The notes under the pieces were generated by a model that searched no databases, was not told the origin of the DNA, and saw only the letters and a list, made by a program, of their open reading frames with translations. A stretch of DNA of 64,000 nucleotides, from assembly GCA_965652295.1 (NCBI GenBank), contig CBFGTS010000013.1, positions 32,001 through 96,000 of the forward strand, written 5' to 3'. This DNA comes from an uncultured Haloferula sp. Lineage in GTDB: Bacteria > Verrucomicrobiota > Verrucomicrobiia > Verrucomicrobiales > Akkermansiaceae. Numbering within the stretch: position 1 is the stretch's first letter; every line of letters begins with the position of its first letter. A program made the translations under genes and the position numbers. This document shows positions 28,047 to 37,193 of the stretch, piece after piece.

Positions 28047-29237
28047 TCAGACCCGCCTCAGCGTGAGATGGAGGATTTCCGCCGGCGCGGCGGTCCGGAG
28101 AGGAAACCAGTTGCCCGCGCCATTGCTGATGACGGCGGCTTCGCCGGTCGGCTTGCGGTACAGGCCGGACCAGTAGCGATACATCCAGGCCCCGGGACCG
28201 ACCTCAGGGGTGATCATGACCTGGCCGCCGTGGGTGTGGCCTCCGAGCGTCAGCGGGATGCCCGCCCGCGCCGCTTCGTCGAAGGCGTGCGGGTGGTGGG
28301 CGAGAAGCAGCGGAAAGGCATCGTTGCGTCGCAAGGCGGCGGTGGCGGCGATGTCCTCGGCCATCTTTCCCTCCGATCGCGCCCAGCGGATACCGAGAAC
28401 ATCCACCGGATGTCCGCGCAAAGTCACGGGCGCGGCGGCATTCCGCAGCAGCGGAAATCCGGCGTCCTCCACCCCGCGGGCAAAAGCCTCGCGTCCCTCG
28501 AAGAGATCGTGGTTTCCTTCCACGAGAAAAAGGCCGTCTCGCGGATCGAGTCGGCGGACCATGTCGAGCGCCTCGGGCAGGTCGGCCAGGGCGTGGTCGA
28601 TGAGATCGCCGGTCAGCGCGACGAGATCGGCCTTGAGCCCGTTGGTCGCCTCGGCGAGGTCGGTGAGGATGCGGCCGTTGGTGAATTTGCCGACGTGGAC
28701 ATCGGAAACGTGGGCGATCGTGAGGCCGTCGAGATCCCGCGGCAGCCCCGGCAACGGCACCTCAAGCCGCCGGACGCGGAAGTGCCGCGTCTGAGGAATG
28801 CTGATGGCCGTGGCCCCGTAGGTCGCGATCACCGGCAGGGCCACCGCGGTGGCGGCGAGGAAGCGACGTCGATCCGGACTGGGTGCTGTGAGATCGGCGG
28901 TTTCCTCCCTCCCCCGCGAGGCGAGGTAACGACGGATTCGGACCACCGCCTGCGCCACTCCTCCGATAACCAGCCCCGGCAGCGCCACCAGAGGCAGAAA
29001 CAGCAGCCCCCACAGCAACACCGCCGCCTGAACCGCGGAGGGAACCTGCCACGGCAGGTGGCCCGAGCGGAACAGCATGATCCACAGCAAGCCGAGGAAA
29101 AGAGCGGCGGTGGCGACGGCGAAAGCGATCCGCACGGCCCTGCCCGCTTCGCGCAAAGCCCGGGTGCGGAACGCCCAGAAGAACCAGATCAGCGAAAGGA
29201 CCGGAATCCCGAGCAGGATGAGAAGAAAGAACGACAT
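28047..29237 (-). CDS. Membrane-bound calcineurin-like metallophosphoesterase (YkuE-like)
   Basis: DVHVG, GDLID, GNHD, AHHP, GHTHGGQ motifs; N-terminal TM helices. Confidence 0.9.
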   Translation of the reverse strand: MSFFLLILLGIPVLSLIWFFWAFRTRALREAGRAVRIAFAVATAALFLGLLWIMLFRSGHLPWQVPSAVQAAVLLWGLLFLPLVALPGLVIGGVAQAVVRIRRYLASRGREETADLTAPSPDRRRFLAATAVALPVIATYGATAISIPQTRHFRVRRLEVPLPGLPRDLDGLTIAHVSDVHVGKFTNGRILTDLAEATNGLKADLVALTGDLIDHALADLPEALDMVRRLDPRDGLFLVEGNHDLFEGREAFARGVEDAGFPLLRNAAAPVTLRGHPVDVLGIRWARSEGKMAEDIAATAALRRNDAFPLLLAHHPHAFDEAARAGIPLTLGGHTHGGQVMITPEVGPGAWMYRYWSGLYRKPTGEAAVISNGAGNWFPLRTAAPAEILHLTLRRV

Positions 29238-29342
29238 CGACGGGCGAAGATCGCCAGACTTTCCCCGCAGTCCAAGGAAACCTCGCACACCGGTGACGAA
29301 TCCGGCATCACCCGGGAAGGCGGACCGGGCAGCTGACCGCCT

Positions 29343-30119
29343 TTAGAAATCCCGTTTCGTGACGGCCAACCCGCCCCATGCCAGGAAAAGCGCGGCCCAG
29401 CCGCTGCAGAGGAGCGCGAACCACGTCCCGAGGTGGTTGAGGTACCAACGTCCAAGGTCGGATGCCGAGCCCGCTTCGAAAGGAATGCGGTCGAGTTGGA
29501 GGATCGCACTGATGCGGAGGGCGTCGAGGGGGCTGGACATGAGGAAACCCAGCCACAGGTCGGGATGCTTCTCCGCCAGACCGCTCCGCGCCGCGCCGAG
29601 GGCAAGCAGGTCCGGACCGACGAGCAGGGCGAGCCACAGGCAAAGCCCGAGCATGTGTGCCTTGACGCGGTCGCGAACCGTGAAGCCTACCGCCATCCCC
29701 AGCGCCGCGAACATGATGCACGCTCCCAGAGCGTGGAGCCAGAGCAGGGTCATTTCATGAAACGGAGCACCGGCGATCGCAGCGGGAAGCACCAGCAGCA
29801 GCGTGGCTACGGCAAACATGGTACCAAGTGCCGTGAACTTCCCGAGAATGCGCCCGCTGCCGCCGATCGGCAGGCTGGCCAGGAAATCCCGCTCCTCCTC
29901 CTCGCCTTGGGCGGAGCCGACGCCGGTCAGCAGCGAAAAGAGCGGCACCATCCACAGGCAGGCCTGGAGCAGCGTGTAGCCGGCGGTCTTTTCGATCCCC
30001 GACGACATGACCACCGGGACCAGTCCGACAGTCAGGCACAACGCGGCGAACACGTGAACGAACCGGTTCAGCAGAGCGGTCCGGATCTCGCGGGAAAAAA
30101 AGGCGCTGAAAGTGTTCAT
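29343..30119 (-). CDS. nosY: Nos ABC transporter permease NosY
   Basis: Hydrophobic ABC-2-type permease (REIRTALLNR, LASLPI...ILGKF); overlaps the nosF stop. Confidence 0.8.
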   Translation of the reverse strand: MNTFSAFFSREIRTALLNRFVHVFAALCLTVGLVPVVMSSGIEKTAGYTLLQACLWMVPLFSLLTGVGSAQGEEEERDFLASLPIGGSGRILGKFTALGTMFAVATLLLVLPAAIAGAPFHEMTLLWLHALGACIMFAALGMAVGFTVRDRVKAHMLGLCLWLALLVGPDLLALGAARSGLAEKHPDLWLGFLMSSPLDALRISAILQLDRIPFEAGSASDLGRWYLNHLGTWFALLCSGWAALFLAWGGLAVTKRDF

Positions 30120-30808
30120 ACGGCCTGTTGGAGCAAGGGTTTGAGAATCCTCGGACCATTCCGGAGATGCTCGGGATCGACCTCGCCCTCCACCCGGCCG
30201 TCGCAGCACGACAGGCAGCGGTCGGCCGCGCCTTCCCATTCGGCGAGAAGGTGGGTGGTCACCAACACCGTCTTGCCGTGGCGGGCTTCGTCACGCAGCA
30301 GCGATTGCAGGCGACCGCGCCACTCGGGATCGAGGCTCAGACCGGGCTCGTCGAGCAGGACGACCGGCGCGTCCGGCAACAGCAGCACGGCCAGTCCGAG
30401 GCGCTGGCGGAGGCCGCCGGAGAGCGACCCGGTAGGTTTCCCCCCATGCTCCACGAGCCCCGTGAGTTCGAGCATGTGATCGATCCGGCCGCGGTCCGCC
30501 CCGCGCACCCTCGCGTAAAACGCAAGCACCTGCCGACAGCTGAGCCGCGGATGAAAGGCCACGCCCTGCGGCAAATACGATAAATGCCGTTGTGCCTTGC
30601 GTCGGCCCTTGACCAGATCAACACCGTCCACGACCGCCCGGCCGGCGTCCGGCCGGACGAGTCCCGCGAGGATCCGCAGGGTGGTCGTCTTGCCGGCGCC
30701 GTTCGAGCCGATCAACAAAGTCACCTCGCCTGCCCGGGCCGTCATCGAAAGCCCGCGCAGCACCTCCTGCCGTCCGTAGTTTTTTCTCAAGTCTTCGATG
30801 GAGATCAT
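30116..30808 (-). CDS. nosF: Nos ABC transporter ATPase NosF
   Basis: GSNGAGKTT, LSGGLRQRL, LLDEP; directly after nosD. Confidence 0.88.
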   Translation of the reverse strand: MISIEDLRKNYGRQEVLRGLSMTARAGEVTLLIGSNGAGKTTTLRILAGLVRPDAGRAVVDGVDLVKGRRKAQRHLSYLPQGVAFHPRLSCRQVLAFYARVRGADRGRIDHMLELTGLVEHGGKPTGSLSGGLRQRLGLAVLLLPDAPVVLLDEPGLSLDPEWRGRLQSLLRDEARHGKTVLVTTHLLAEWEGAADRCLSCCDGRVEGEVDPEHLRNGPRILKPLLQQAV

Positions 30809-30811
30809 AAA

Positions 30812-32095
30812 TCAGGGGTGGTGGGTGCTGAGCGGGGCGGGATCCCGGATCCCCTGGACCCGGGGCAGAGCCACGTGGCTATGGGCGAATTCGATCAGCT
30901 TCAGCCCCGGGCTTCCGGAAAGCAGGCCGATCTCCGGCAGCGGCCGGCGTAACCGGCCCAGCAGATCAACCTCACGATGCGGCAATTCGCCCCTGCCGTC
31001 GCCATTGAGATCGATCGGCACGGCACCCTCCCAATGGTTGCCTACGCCGTCGAGCGCCCAACGGTTCGTGTCGCTCAGACCTCCAGCGAGTTCGGCGGAG
31101 TGCAGGTTGCCGGTGAAGACATTACGGGAAAAAACGTTGTCGTTGGAACTCGCCGTCAGCCGCACGCCGACGTAGTTGTGCTCGATCGCATTGCCCACGA
31201 GCACATTGCCGTTGTTGTTTTCCAGATAGATCCCGACGGTGTTGTTGTTGAGCTGGTTGCCCTCGATCCGGGTGGTGTCCACCGAGTTGAGCAGAAGACC
31301 ATAAGCACGAAAGCCCTCGTTGGAAACGAAGCGGTTGCCGCGCACGAGCAGGTTCTTCGAATACATGATCGCCGCTCCTGCCGCATTGTCGGAAAAGGAG
31401 TTCCCTTCGAAAACGTTGTGATCGGAATACATGTAGTGCAGCCCATAGCGAACTCCCTTGATCTTGTTGGCCCGGACCGTGGTGTGATCGGTGAAGGAGA
31501 AATACATCCCGTCGCGGGTGTCGGCGATCGTGTTGCCATCGAGTTCGCATTCATGGCTGTTCCAGAGGTGGATGCCATTGCCGCGCGAGTTGATATTGAG
31601 CACCGAGCAAAGGTCCGGGCTGTCGGCGACGATCGCGGTCGAGGTCGGGCGCTTCGCCGTCGGCAGCGTGGTCTTGCCGTGGATGTCGTTGCGGACCACC
31701 CGGCAGCCGGTCACTTTCTTCAGGTAGATTCCGTGCAGCACGTCGATGACCCGGTTGCCGGCGATGGAGGCGCGGTCGCCGGTGACGTGGATGCCGGCGT
31801 GATCTTTCGACAAATCGGTGCCCGAATGGGCGATCACCAGGCCGCGCAGCGTGACGTCCGCGGCACGGATGGAAATCACGTGGCCGTCCCCTCCGCCATC
31901 AATCCGCGGCCAGCCGCGGCCGACCAGCCGGATCGGTTTGTCGATCACCAGCGGGCCGGCGTGATCGCCGGGGCCGACCTCAAGGGTCGCACCCGGCACC
32001 GCGGCGTCAATCCGCTCCTGCAGCTCCGTCGCGCTGGCGCTCAACGCGAGGCCGAGCGCGGCAACTGCGGCACTTGCTCTTTTCTGGAAATCCAT
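30812..32095 (-). CDS. nosD: Nitrous oxide reductase maturation protein NosD
   Basis: Beta-helix repeats; RGNGIHLWN, RDGMY, RYGLHYMYS, GNHW. Confidence 0.92.
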   Translation of the reverse strand: MDFQKRASAAVAALGLALSASATELQERIDAAVPGATLEVGPGDHAGPLVIDKPIRLVGRGWPRIDGGGDGHVISIRAADVTLRGLVIAHSGTDLSKDHAGIHVTGDRASIAGNRVIDVLHGIYLKKVTGCRVVRNDIHGKTTLPTAKRPTSTAIVADSPDLCSVLNINSRGNGIHLWNSHECELDGNTIADTRDGMYFSFTDHTTVRANKIKGVRYGLHYMYSDHNVFEGNSFSDNAAGAAIMYSKNLLVRGNRFVSNEGFRAYGLLLNSVDTTRIEGNQLNNNTVGIYLENNNGNVLVGNAIEHNYVGVRLTASSNDNVFSRNVFTGNLHSAELAGGLSDTNRWALDGVGNHWEGAVPIDLNGDGRGELPHREVDLLGRLRRPLPEIGLLSGSPGLKLIEFAHSHVALPRVQGIRDPAPLSTHHP

Positions 32096-32685
32096 ATCGC
32101 TAGGATGAGCGCCAGCATGAACCCGAAGAGCAGATAGGTGCCCGTTTCGGGGTAGCTGGACTGGGTGAAGTTGGCGATTTTCTGGGTGCCGAAGATCAGG
32201 GGTGTGAACGGTTCCACCGTCATCGGCGCCGCCGGATCGAGGTCGTGCCCGTAGCTATACAGCCGGTAGTAGAACGCCCCGATCGAGAAGAGTCCGAAGT
32301 ACGACGCCAGCACGAAGAGATCGACCACCGCGCCCATGTAGCCGAACACCGCCGCCCGCAGTGCCAGCAGGATGAACAGCCCCAGCATGAAGGGCATCAC
32401 CTGCATCTCGGTGAAATCCGCCTCGGAGATCGTCTTCATGCCGATGTAGTGGTTGAGCATGTTGATCTCCTTGAGGTCCTGGCCATCGTTACCGCCCTCG
32501 ATCCGATAAGCGTAAATGGTCATCTCCAGGCCCTCGGCGTACTGCGGTGCCACCAGATTCAAGCGCCACAGCGGGAAATAAACCGACCCCGCCACCAGCA
32601 ACGCGCCGAGCAGAAGCAGAAACCGCGATGCGAGATTCAGCGGCTTGTGCAGGAAGACATACTCGGCGCGTAGCAATCGGTGCAT
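32041..32685 (-). CDS. nosB: Clade II nos membrane protein NosB-like
   Basis: PLWRLNLVAPQYAEGL, INMLNHYIGMK, YGHDLDP; four TM segments; between nosZ and nosD. Confidence 0.75.
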   Translation of the reverse strand: MHRLLRAEYVFLHKPLNLASRFLLLLGALLVAGSVYFPLWRLNLVAPQYAEGLEMTIYAYRIEGGNDGQDLKEINMLNHYIGMKTISEADFTEMQVMPFMLGLFILLALRAAVFGYMGAVVDLFVLASYFGLFSIGAFYYRLYSYGHDLDPAAPMTVEPFTPLIFGTQKIANFTQSSYPETGTYLLFGFMLALILAIWISRKEQVPQLPRSASR

Positions 32686-32703
32686 CGGTTTGCAAGGTGG
32701 TGG

Positions 32704-34692
32704 CTACTCCCCGACATCAACGGCCGGCACGGCCTCGATGTCCTCGGTCGGCTCGGTTTGCATCGTCGGTTCGACCGGCTCATCAGTCCCTGCACCGGCC
32801 GGGGCCGTCCCGGCGGCCTCCCGGACCACCAGATAACCCTGCATCTCCTGGTGCAGCGCCGAGCAGAAGTTCGTGCAATAGAAAGGGAAGACCCCCGGCT
32901 TCTTCGCCTCGAACTCGACCGACTTCGTTTCCCCCGGATCGACGATGATATTGATGTTGTGCTCATTGACCCCGAAGCCGTGGATCATGTCCGGCGTCTG
33001 CTCGATGTTGGTCACGTGGATCTTCACCGTGTCGCCGACCCTCGCTTCGATCTTGTCGGGCGCGAAACGGCTGCGCACGGCGACGACCTTGGCGTTCACC
33101 TCGTTGCCCGTGCGCTCCGCGGTTCCCTCGCTGAGGTCCCAAACCGCGTTGGGATCGGTGTTTTCCGCCCTCGGGTAAACTTCGATCGGCTGGATGGCAT
33201 CGACCTTGAGAATCTGCGCGAAGTGCGGCTCCGGCTCGGTGTAGGCTTCGGCCACCATCTTCATCTTCTCGCCGGAGATATCAATCAACTGGCTGGATTC
33301 CGGCTGCGAGGGACCGACACTGACGTGGCGCCCCTTGGACAGCTTGTTCATCGCCACCAGCCACTTGCCGTAGGGCTCCTTGGTGTCGCTGCCGGCAACC
33401 ACCAGGTGGCCGATGCTGTAATGAACGGTGATCTTGTCGAGCACTACCTTGGACAGGTCCTGCTTCTCCTCCTCGGTCCACGGCGGCAGCTTCCATTTGG
33501 CCACGGCGGAATCGATGAACAACGAGGTGTAGGCGTTGCCCTTACCATCGTATTGGGTGTGCAGCGGGCCGAGCCCGACCGGCACCTCGCCTTCCACCAC
33601 GCTGTCGTGGGTCAGGATCGGAATGCCGCGGAAGTCGCCCTCGAAGTCCTTGCCCTCGATGGCGGCGAGAATCTTCTCGACGTTGAGCACCGTGGTCGTC
33701 GGCTGCAGCTTGCCACCGGCCGAGACCCACTTGCCGGTCGGATCGACGTCCATCCCGTGGGGGGACTTGGCGATGCCGATCAAGTGGACAAGGCCGGGAA
33801 CCTTCGCCGGATCAAGTACCGGCACGCCTTCCATCGTAGTGGCCTTGCCGTCCTCGACCGCCTGCGCGGCCGCCCGCCAGTTGACGATCGCCCCGAGGTC
33901 ACGCTCCGCTTGGGAGGCATTCACCTCAAGCGTCTCATGCGCCATTTCCGTGTTATATGAAGTAAAGAAGACATAACCACTGCTTGGCCCCTTGCCGGTC
34001 GAGGCGAGGTCGAAATCGAAAGGCGGCATCAGAATCTGGAAGCCCACGCTCATCTCACCGCTCTCGGGATGGACTTTCAGCGCCGTGATCATGCCAGCAT
34101 ACTCCGTCGCATAATCCTCCAATTCAGCCACCCGGCCTTTCGGCAGCGGCGTCGAGAAGCGGGTGGAAACGAAGAGATACTCCGTGTTCTCCGTCACGAA
34201 CGACGAGGCGTGGCTGCCGCTCGAGTTCGGCAACGGTCCCAGGATCTGCTTGGTCTTGAAATCCCGCAGGCTGATGCGCGCCACGCGGTTGTTGGCGTTG
34301 TCGTTCACGAAAAGCCAGCGCCCGTCGTACTTGCTGTCGGTCTGCGACAGCGCGGGGTGGTGGACGTCGCCCCAGGTGTAATCGCCGAGCATCTTCTTGC
34401 TCTCGGTGTCGAACCCGTATCCGGTCCCGGGGTAGGGAGCGAAGACCGGGATGGTGGAGATGTGGCGCATCGACGGGATGCCGGCCACAAACACCTGGCC
34501 GGAATGCCCGCCGGAGTAGAAGAGATAGTATTCGTCCTTCTCGCCGGGGGCGACGTAGGTCGCCTCGGCGGCGCTGGTCCGCTCGGCGGCGCTGGATGCG
34601 TCCTCCCCGCCGTTCTGTCTGCCGCAGCCCGAAAGAACCAGCCCGATGGCACCGGCGCAGACGAGACCGCCCAATGTTGTAATGGTTTTCAT
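32704..34692 (-). CDS. nosZ: Clade II (Sec-dependent) nitrous-oxide reductase, predicted lipoprotein
   Basis: SGGHSGQ, DVHHP, SPHG, GPLH, IGH, EPH (CuZ His motifs); CuA FYCTNFCSALHQEM; LSGC lipobox, no twin-arginine. Confidence 0.96.
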   Translation of the reverse strand: MKTITTLGGLVCAGAIGLVLSGCGRQNGGEDASSAAERTSAAEATYVAPGEKDEYYLFYSGGHSGQVFVAGIPSMRHISTIPVFAPYPGTGYGFDTESKKMLGDYTWGDVHHPALSQTDSKYDGRWLFVNDNANNRVARISLRDFKTKQILGPLPNSSGSHASSFVTENTEYLFVSTRFSTPLPKGRVAELEDYATEYAGMITALKVHPESGEMSVGFQILMPPFDFDLASTGKGPSSGYVFFTSYNTEMAHETLEVNASQAERDLGAIVNWRAAAQAVEDGKATTMEGVPVLDPAKVPGLVHLIGIAKSPHGMDVDPTGKWVSAGGKLQPTTTVLNVEKILAAIEGKDFEGDFRGIPILTHDSVVEGEVPVGLGPLHTQYDGKGNAYTSLFIDSAVAKWKLPPWTEEEKQDLSKVVLDKITVHYSIGHLVVAGSDTKEPYGKWLVAMNKLSKGRHVSVGPSQPESSQLIDISGEKMKMVAEAYTEPEPHFAQILKVDAIQPIEVYPRAENTDPNAVWDLSEGTAERTGNEVNAKVVAVRSRFAPDKIEARVGDTVKIHVTNIEQTPDMIHGFGVNEHNINIIVDPGETKSVEFEAKKPGVFPFYCTNFCSALHQEMQGYLVVREAAGTAPAGAGTDEPVEPTMQTEPTEDIEAVPAVDVGE

Positions 34693-34725
34693 GATGTTTC
34701 TCAGCTTGTATTCGGCTCGTGATGG

Positions 34726-35271
34726 TTACTTGACGGTGAGAACCCCCTTCATCCCGATCGTGCAGTGGCCGGGGAAGGAGCAGAAATATTCGTAGTCGCC
34801 GGGCTCGGAGGGCGCGTTGAATGTCACCGTCTCTTTCTCGCCAGGTCCAAGGATCTTGGTTCGTGCGATCACTTGATCCTCCATGTTGGTCGGAATGTAG
34901 TCGTTGCCGGCAAAGGCAAAGCCCTCCTCGACGATTTTGGCGACATCCGCCTCCTTGATCAACAACACCCAGTTATGGCCCATGGAGGCTTTGGGCATGG
35001 AGCCGACGTTGATGAGCGTCACTTCCAACGGCTGCCCGGCTTGCGCCTCGATCGCCTCGACGCTGAACTTCATCTGGTCGTTGGCAGTGATCTCGATCTT
35101 CTTCAGCGGGAGGTCGGACTTGACCGGTGCCGGCTTCGACGCTGCTTCGGTGGCCGGTGAGGCATCCTCGTTGGAACCCGCCTCGTCGGAGGACTTGCCG
35201 CAGCTGCAAACGAGCGTCGCACCGATCAGGGTCACGAGAAAAAGAGGAAGGCTAGCGTATTTCGGTTTCAT
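34726..35271 (-). CDS. Azurin-like type-1 copper lipoprotein
   Basis: ANDQMKF, MGHNWVL, YFCSFPGHCTIGMKG (His/Cys/His/Met ligands); lipobox-like VCSC. Confidence 0.9.
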   Translation of the reverse strand: MKPKYASLPLFLVTLIGATLVCSCGKSSDEAGSNEDASPATEAASKPAPVKSDLPLKKIEITANDQMKFSVEAIEAQAGQPLEVTLINVGSMPKASMGHNWVLLIKEADVAKIVEEGFAFAGNDYIPTNMEDQVIARTKILGPGEKETVTFNAPSEPGDYEYFCSFPGHCTIGMKGVLTVK

Positions 35272-35298
35272 GATTTGATGTGGTTTTCGGTGGAAAAA

Positions 35299-36204
35299 TC
35301 AGGGTTTGGAACTGGCCACGGGTGTCTCGCCGAGGGCTTCGATCACTTCGTCGGGTTTCCAAAAGTTGCCGCGCCAGATCCGGCGGATGGTGCCGTCGGC
35401 CTCGACGAGGGCCGTGCACAGCCCATGGTTGATCGTGCCGTTCGCGGTCTCGGTGTAGACGGAGAACGCCCGCGTCAGCTTCTCGACCTCGGCCGGCTGG
35501 CCACAGGCAAAGCGCCAGAAGTCGCCATCGTCGGTGTGGACGGCCGCGTAATCCGCCAGCACCTCGGGTGTGTCGTGTTCGGGATCGAAGGAGATGCTCA
35601 GGAGATGCGTGCGCCCGGCCAGTGCAGGACTCTGTTTGATGCGCTCCTCCAAGGTTTTGAAGTGGCTCGACATCAGCGGGCAGAAATTCGGCACCGGGCA
35701 ACGGGTGAAGATGAAGGTCAGCACCAGCGATTTGCCGTCGAATGTTCCGGCGTCGATGGCGCGCCCTTTTTGATCGGTCAACTCAAAGTCCGGCAACCTG
35801 TCCCCTTCCTCTAGCCGCTTGATCTTCGGAGCCGCCGCCACCGGCACTCCGGCTTTCTCCGGCAGATGGACCGTGGCGGGATCCACCGGCCGCACGCGCT
35901 GGATCCAGGAATCGTCACCGGTCACCACGAACTCAAACGAGACCGCCTCGCCCGTCTCCACGCCCTCGACATCCTCGCCGGCCTTCACCGTGAAGGGCAT
36001 CGTCATTGATGGCATGTAGCCGGGAATCTCCTCGTGCTCGATGATCAGGGTGGAATCCTCACGCTCCACCGCACGCACCACGCCCCGCACTTCGTAGGTC
36101 GTCGCGCCCGGTGAGGTCGATGCCGACGGTTCGGAGCGCGAGCAGGAAGTCGGCAGGACCAGCAGGGCGGCGAACCCGAAGAGGGCAGGTTTCAAGGTTT
36201 TCAT
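35299..36204 (-). CDS. SCO-family copper chaperone with N-terminal CusF-like domain
   Basis: HEEIPGYMPSMTMPF (CusF-like), FIFTRCPVPNFCP, SISFDPEHDTP, INHG; lipobox-like PTSC. Confidence 0.88.
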   Translation of the reverse strand: MKTLKPALFGFAALLVLPTSCSRSEPSASTSPGATTYEVRGVVRAVEREDSTLIIEHEEIPGYMPSMTMPFTVKAGEDVEGVETGEAVSFEFVVTGDDSWIQRVRPVDPATVHLPEKAGVPVAAAPKIKRLEEGDRLPDFELTDQKGRAIDAGTFDGKSLVLTFIFTRCPVPNFCPLMSSHFKTLEERIKQSPALAGRTHLLSISFDPEHDTPEVLADYAAVHTDDGDFWRFACGQPAEVEKLTRAFSVYTETANGTINHGLCTALVEADGTIRRIWRGNFWKPDEVIEALGETPVASSKP

Positions 36205-36249
36205 GATACGAAAGTTGCGGTGGCTCAGGTCCTTCGGGGCACGTCCGGC

Positions 36250-36975
36250 TCAGGGGCTTTGAAGCTTCCTCGCGGCCGGGAAGAGCACCGAGTTCTCGAG
36301 GTGGATATGCCGGTGGAGGTCTTCCTCCAGCTCGGCCAACCCGGCGAACAGCGCGCGATAGGTGTTGCAGGCATCCGGCGGCGGCGTGAAGCCGTTGGTC
36401 AGCTCGCGGAGCTTCGCCAGTGCCTCACCGGCATCGTCATGCTCATGAAGCATGCAGTCGATCGGGCCATCGAGCGGCATGGCGGTGGAGTCCCCCCCGG
36501 CGAGCTGCTCGATGGCGGGGAACAGCATCTGCTCCTCCTTCATCAGGTGCTCCGCCAGTTCGACCGCCATGGCCCGAAAGACCTCGAGAACTTTCACCAA
36601 AGAGGGCGTGTGCGGTCCATGCACCTGCGCCACGCGCGCCGCCATGGCATCGAGCCGCGGCAGCTCCTCGCGCAGGTAGCCGTGATGGACGGCCACGATG
36701 TAACGGCTCAGCTCGACCGGCGGATAGGTTGCCGGGTTCACCGCCGGTGCGGGCTTTTCACGAAGCTCGGCCTCCAGCTGTTCGACCACCGCATCGAGGG
36801 CAACCCCCTTCCGTTCGCAAGCTTCACGCAAGGTGCGGCCGCCCTGGCAGCAGAAATCGATGCCGTAGCTCTGAAAAATCCGCGACTGCGAGGGCCGCTC
36901 GGCCACGATCTCCCCCACCGTTCTTTGCTCCATCGGCGTTCCTGCCGGCGAGAACTCTATCGTTTTGTGACTCAT
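36250..36975 (-). CDS. ric: Iron-sulfur cluster repair di-iron protein (Ric/YtfE/ScdA)
   Basis: GIDFCCQG, HHGYLREELP, HLMKEEQMLFP, HEHD, HIHLENSVLFP. Confidence 0.93.
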   Translation of the reverse strand: MSHKTIEFSPAGTPMEQRTVGEIVAERPSQSRIFQSYGIDFCCQGGRTLREACERKGVALDAVVEQLEAELREKPAPAVNPATYPPVELSRYIVAVHHGYLREELPRLDAMAARVAQVHGPHTPSLVKVLEVFRAMAVELAEHLMKEEQMLFPAIEQLAGGDSTAMPLDGPIDCMLHEHDDAGEALAKLRELTNGFTPPPDACNTYRALFAGLAELEEDLHRHIHLENSVLFPAARKLQSP

Positions 36976-37016
36976 AACGACCGCACCATCCCGCCCGTCG
37001 GGGCGGTTAACAAGAA

Positions 37017-37038
37017 AAAAAGAATGTTATTTCTTTTT
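37017..37038. promoter_or_regulatory. AT-rich 8-6-8 palindrome, candidate Rrf2 operator
   Basis: AAAAAGAA-TGTTAT-TTCTTTTT, a perfect inverted repeat about 40 nt upstream of ric in a GC-rich background. Confidence 0.55.
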
Positions 37039-37193
37039 AATCGGCCGATGTCAGTCTCCGGGAGTCCGGAGGCGTTCGCGGTTCACTGGGACGGGGAGCT
37101 TCGATTGACAGTGGAATCCCCGTCCGCTCCCTTCGTGGAGGCGGGAATCCCGCCGCCGCACTCCGGACGAGTCGTCCCTGAAAATGAAATGCC

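Noticed and set aside
36976..37193. FNR/DNR box upstream of the nos operon
   Set aside because: No TTGAT-n4-ATCAA match seen; only an isolated TTGACA
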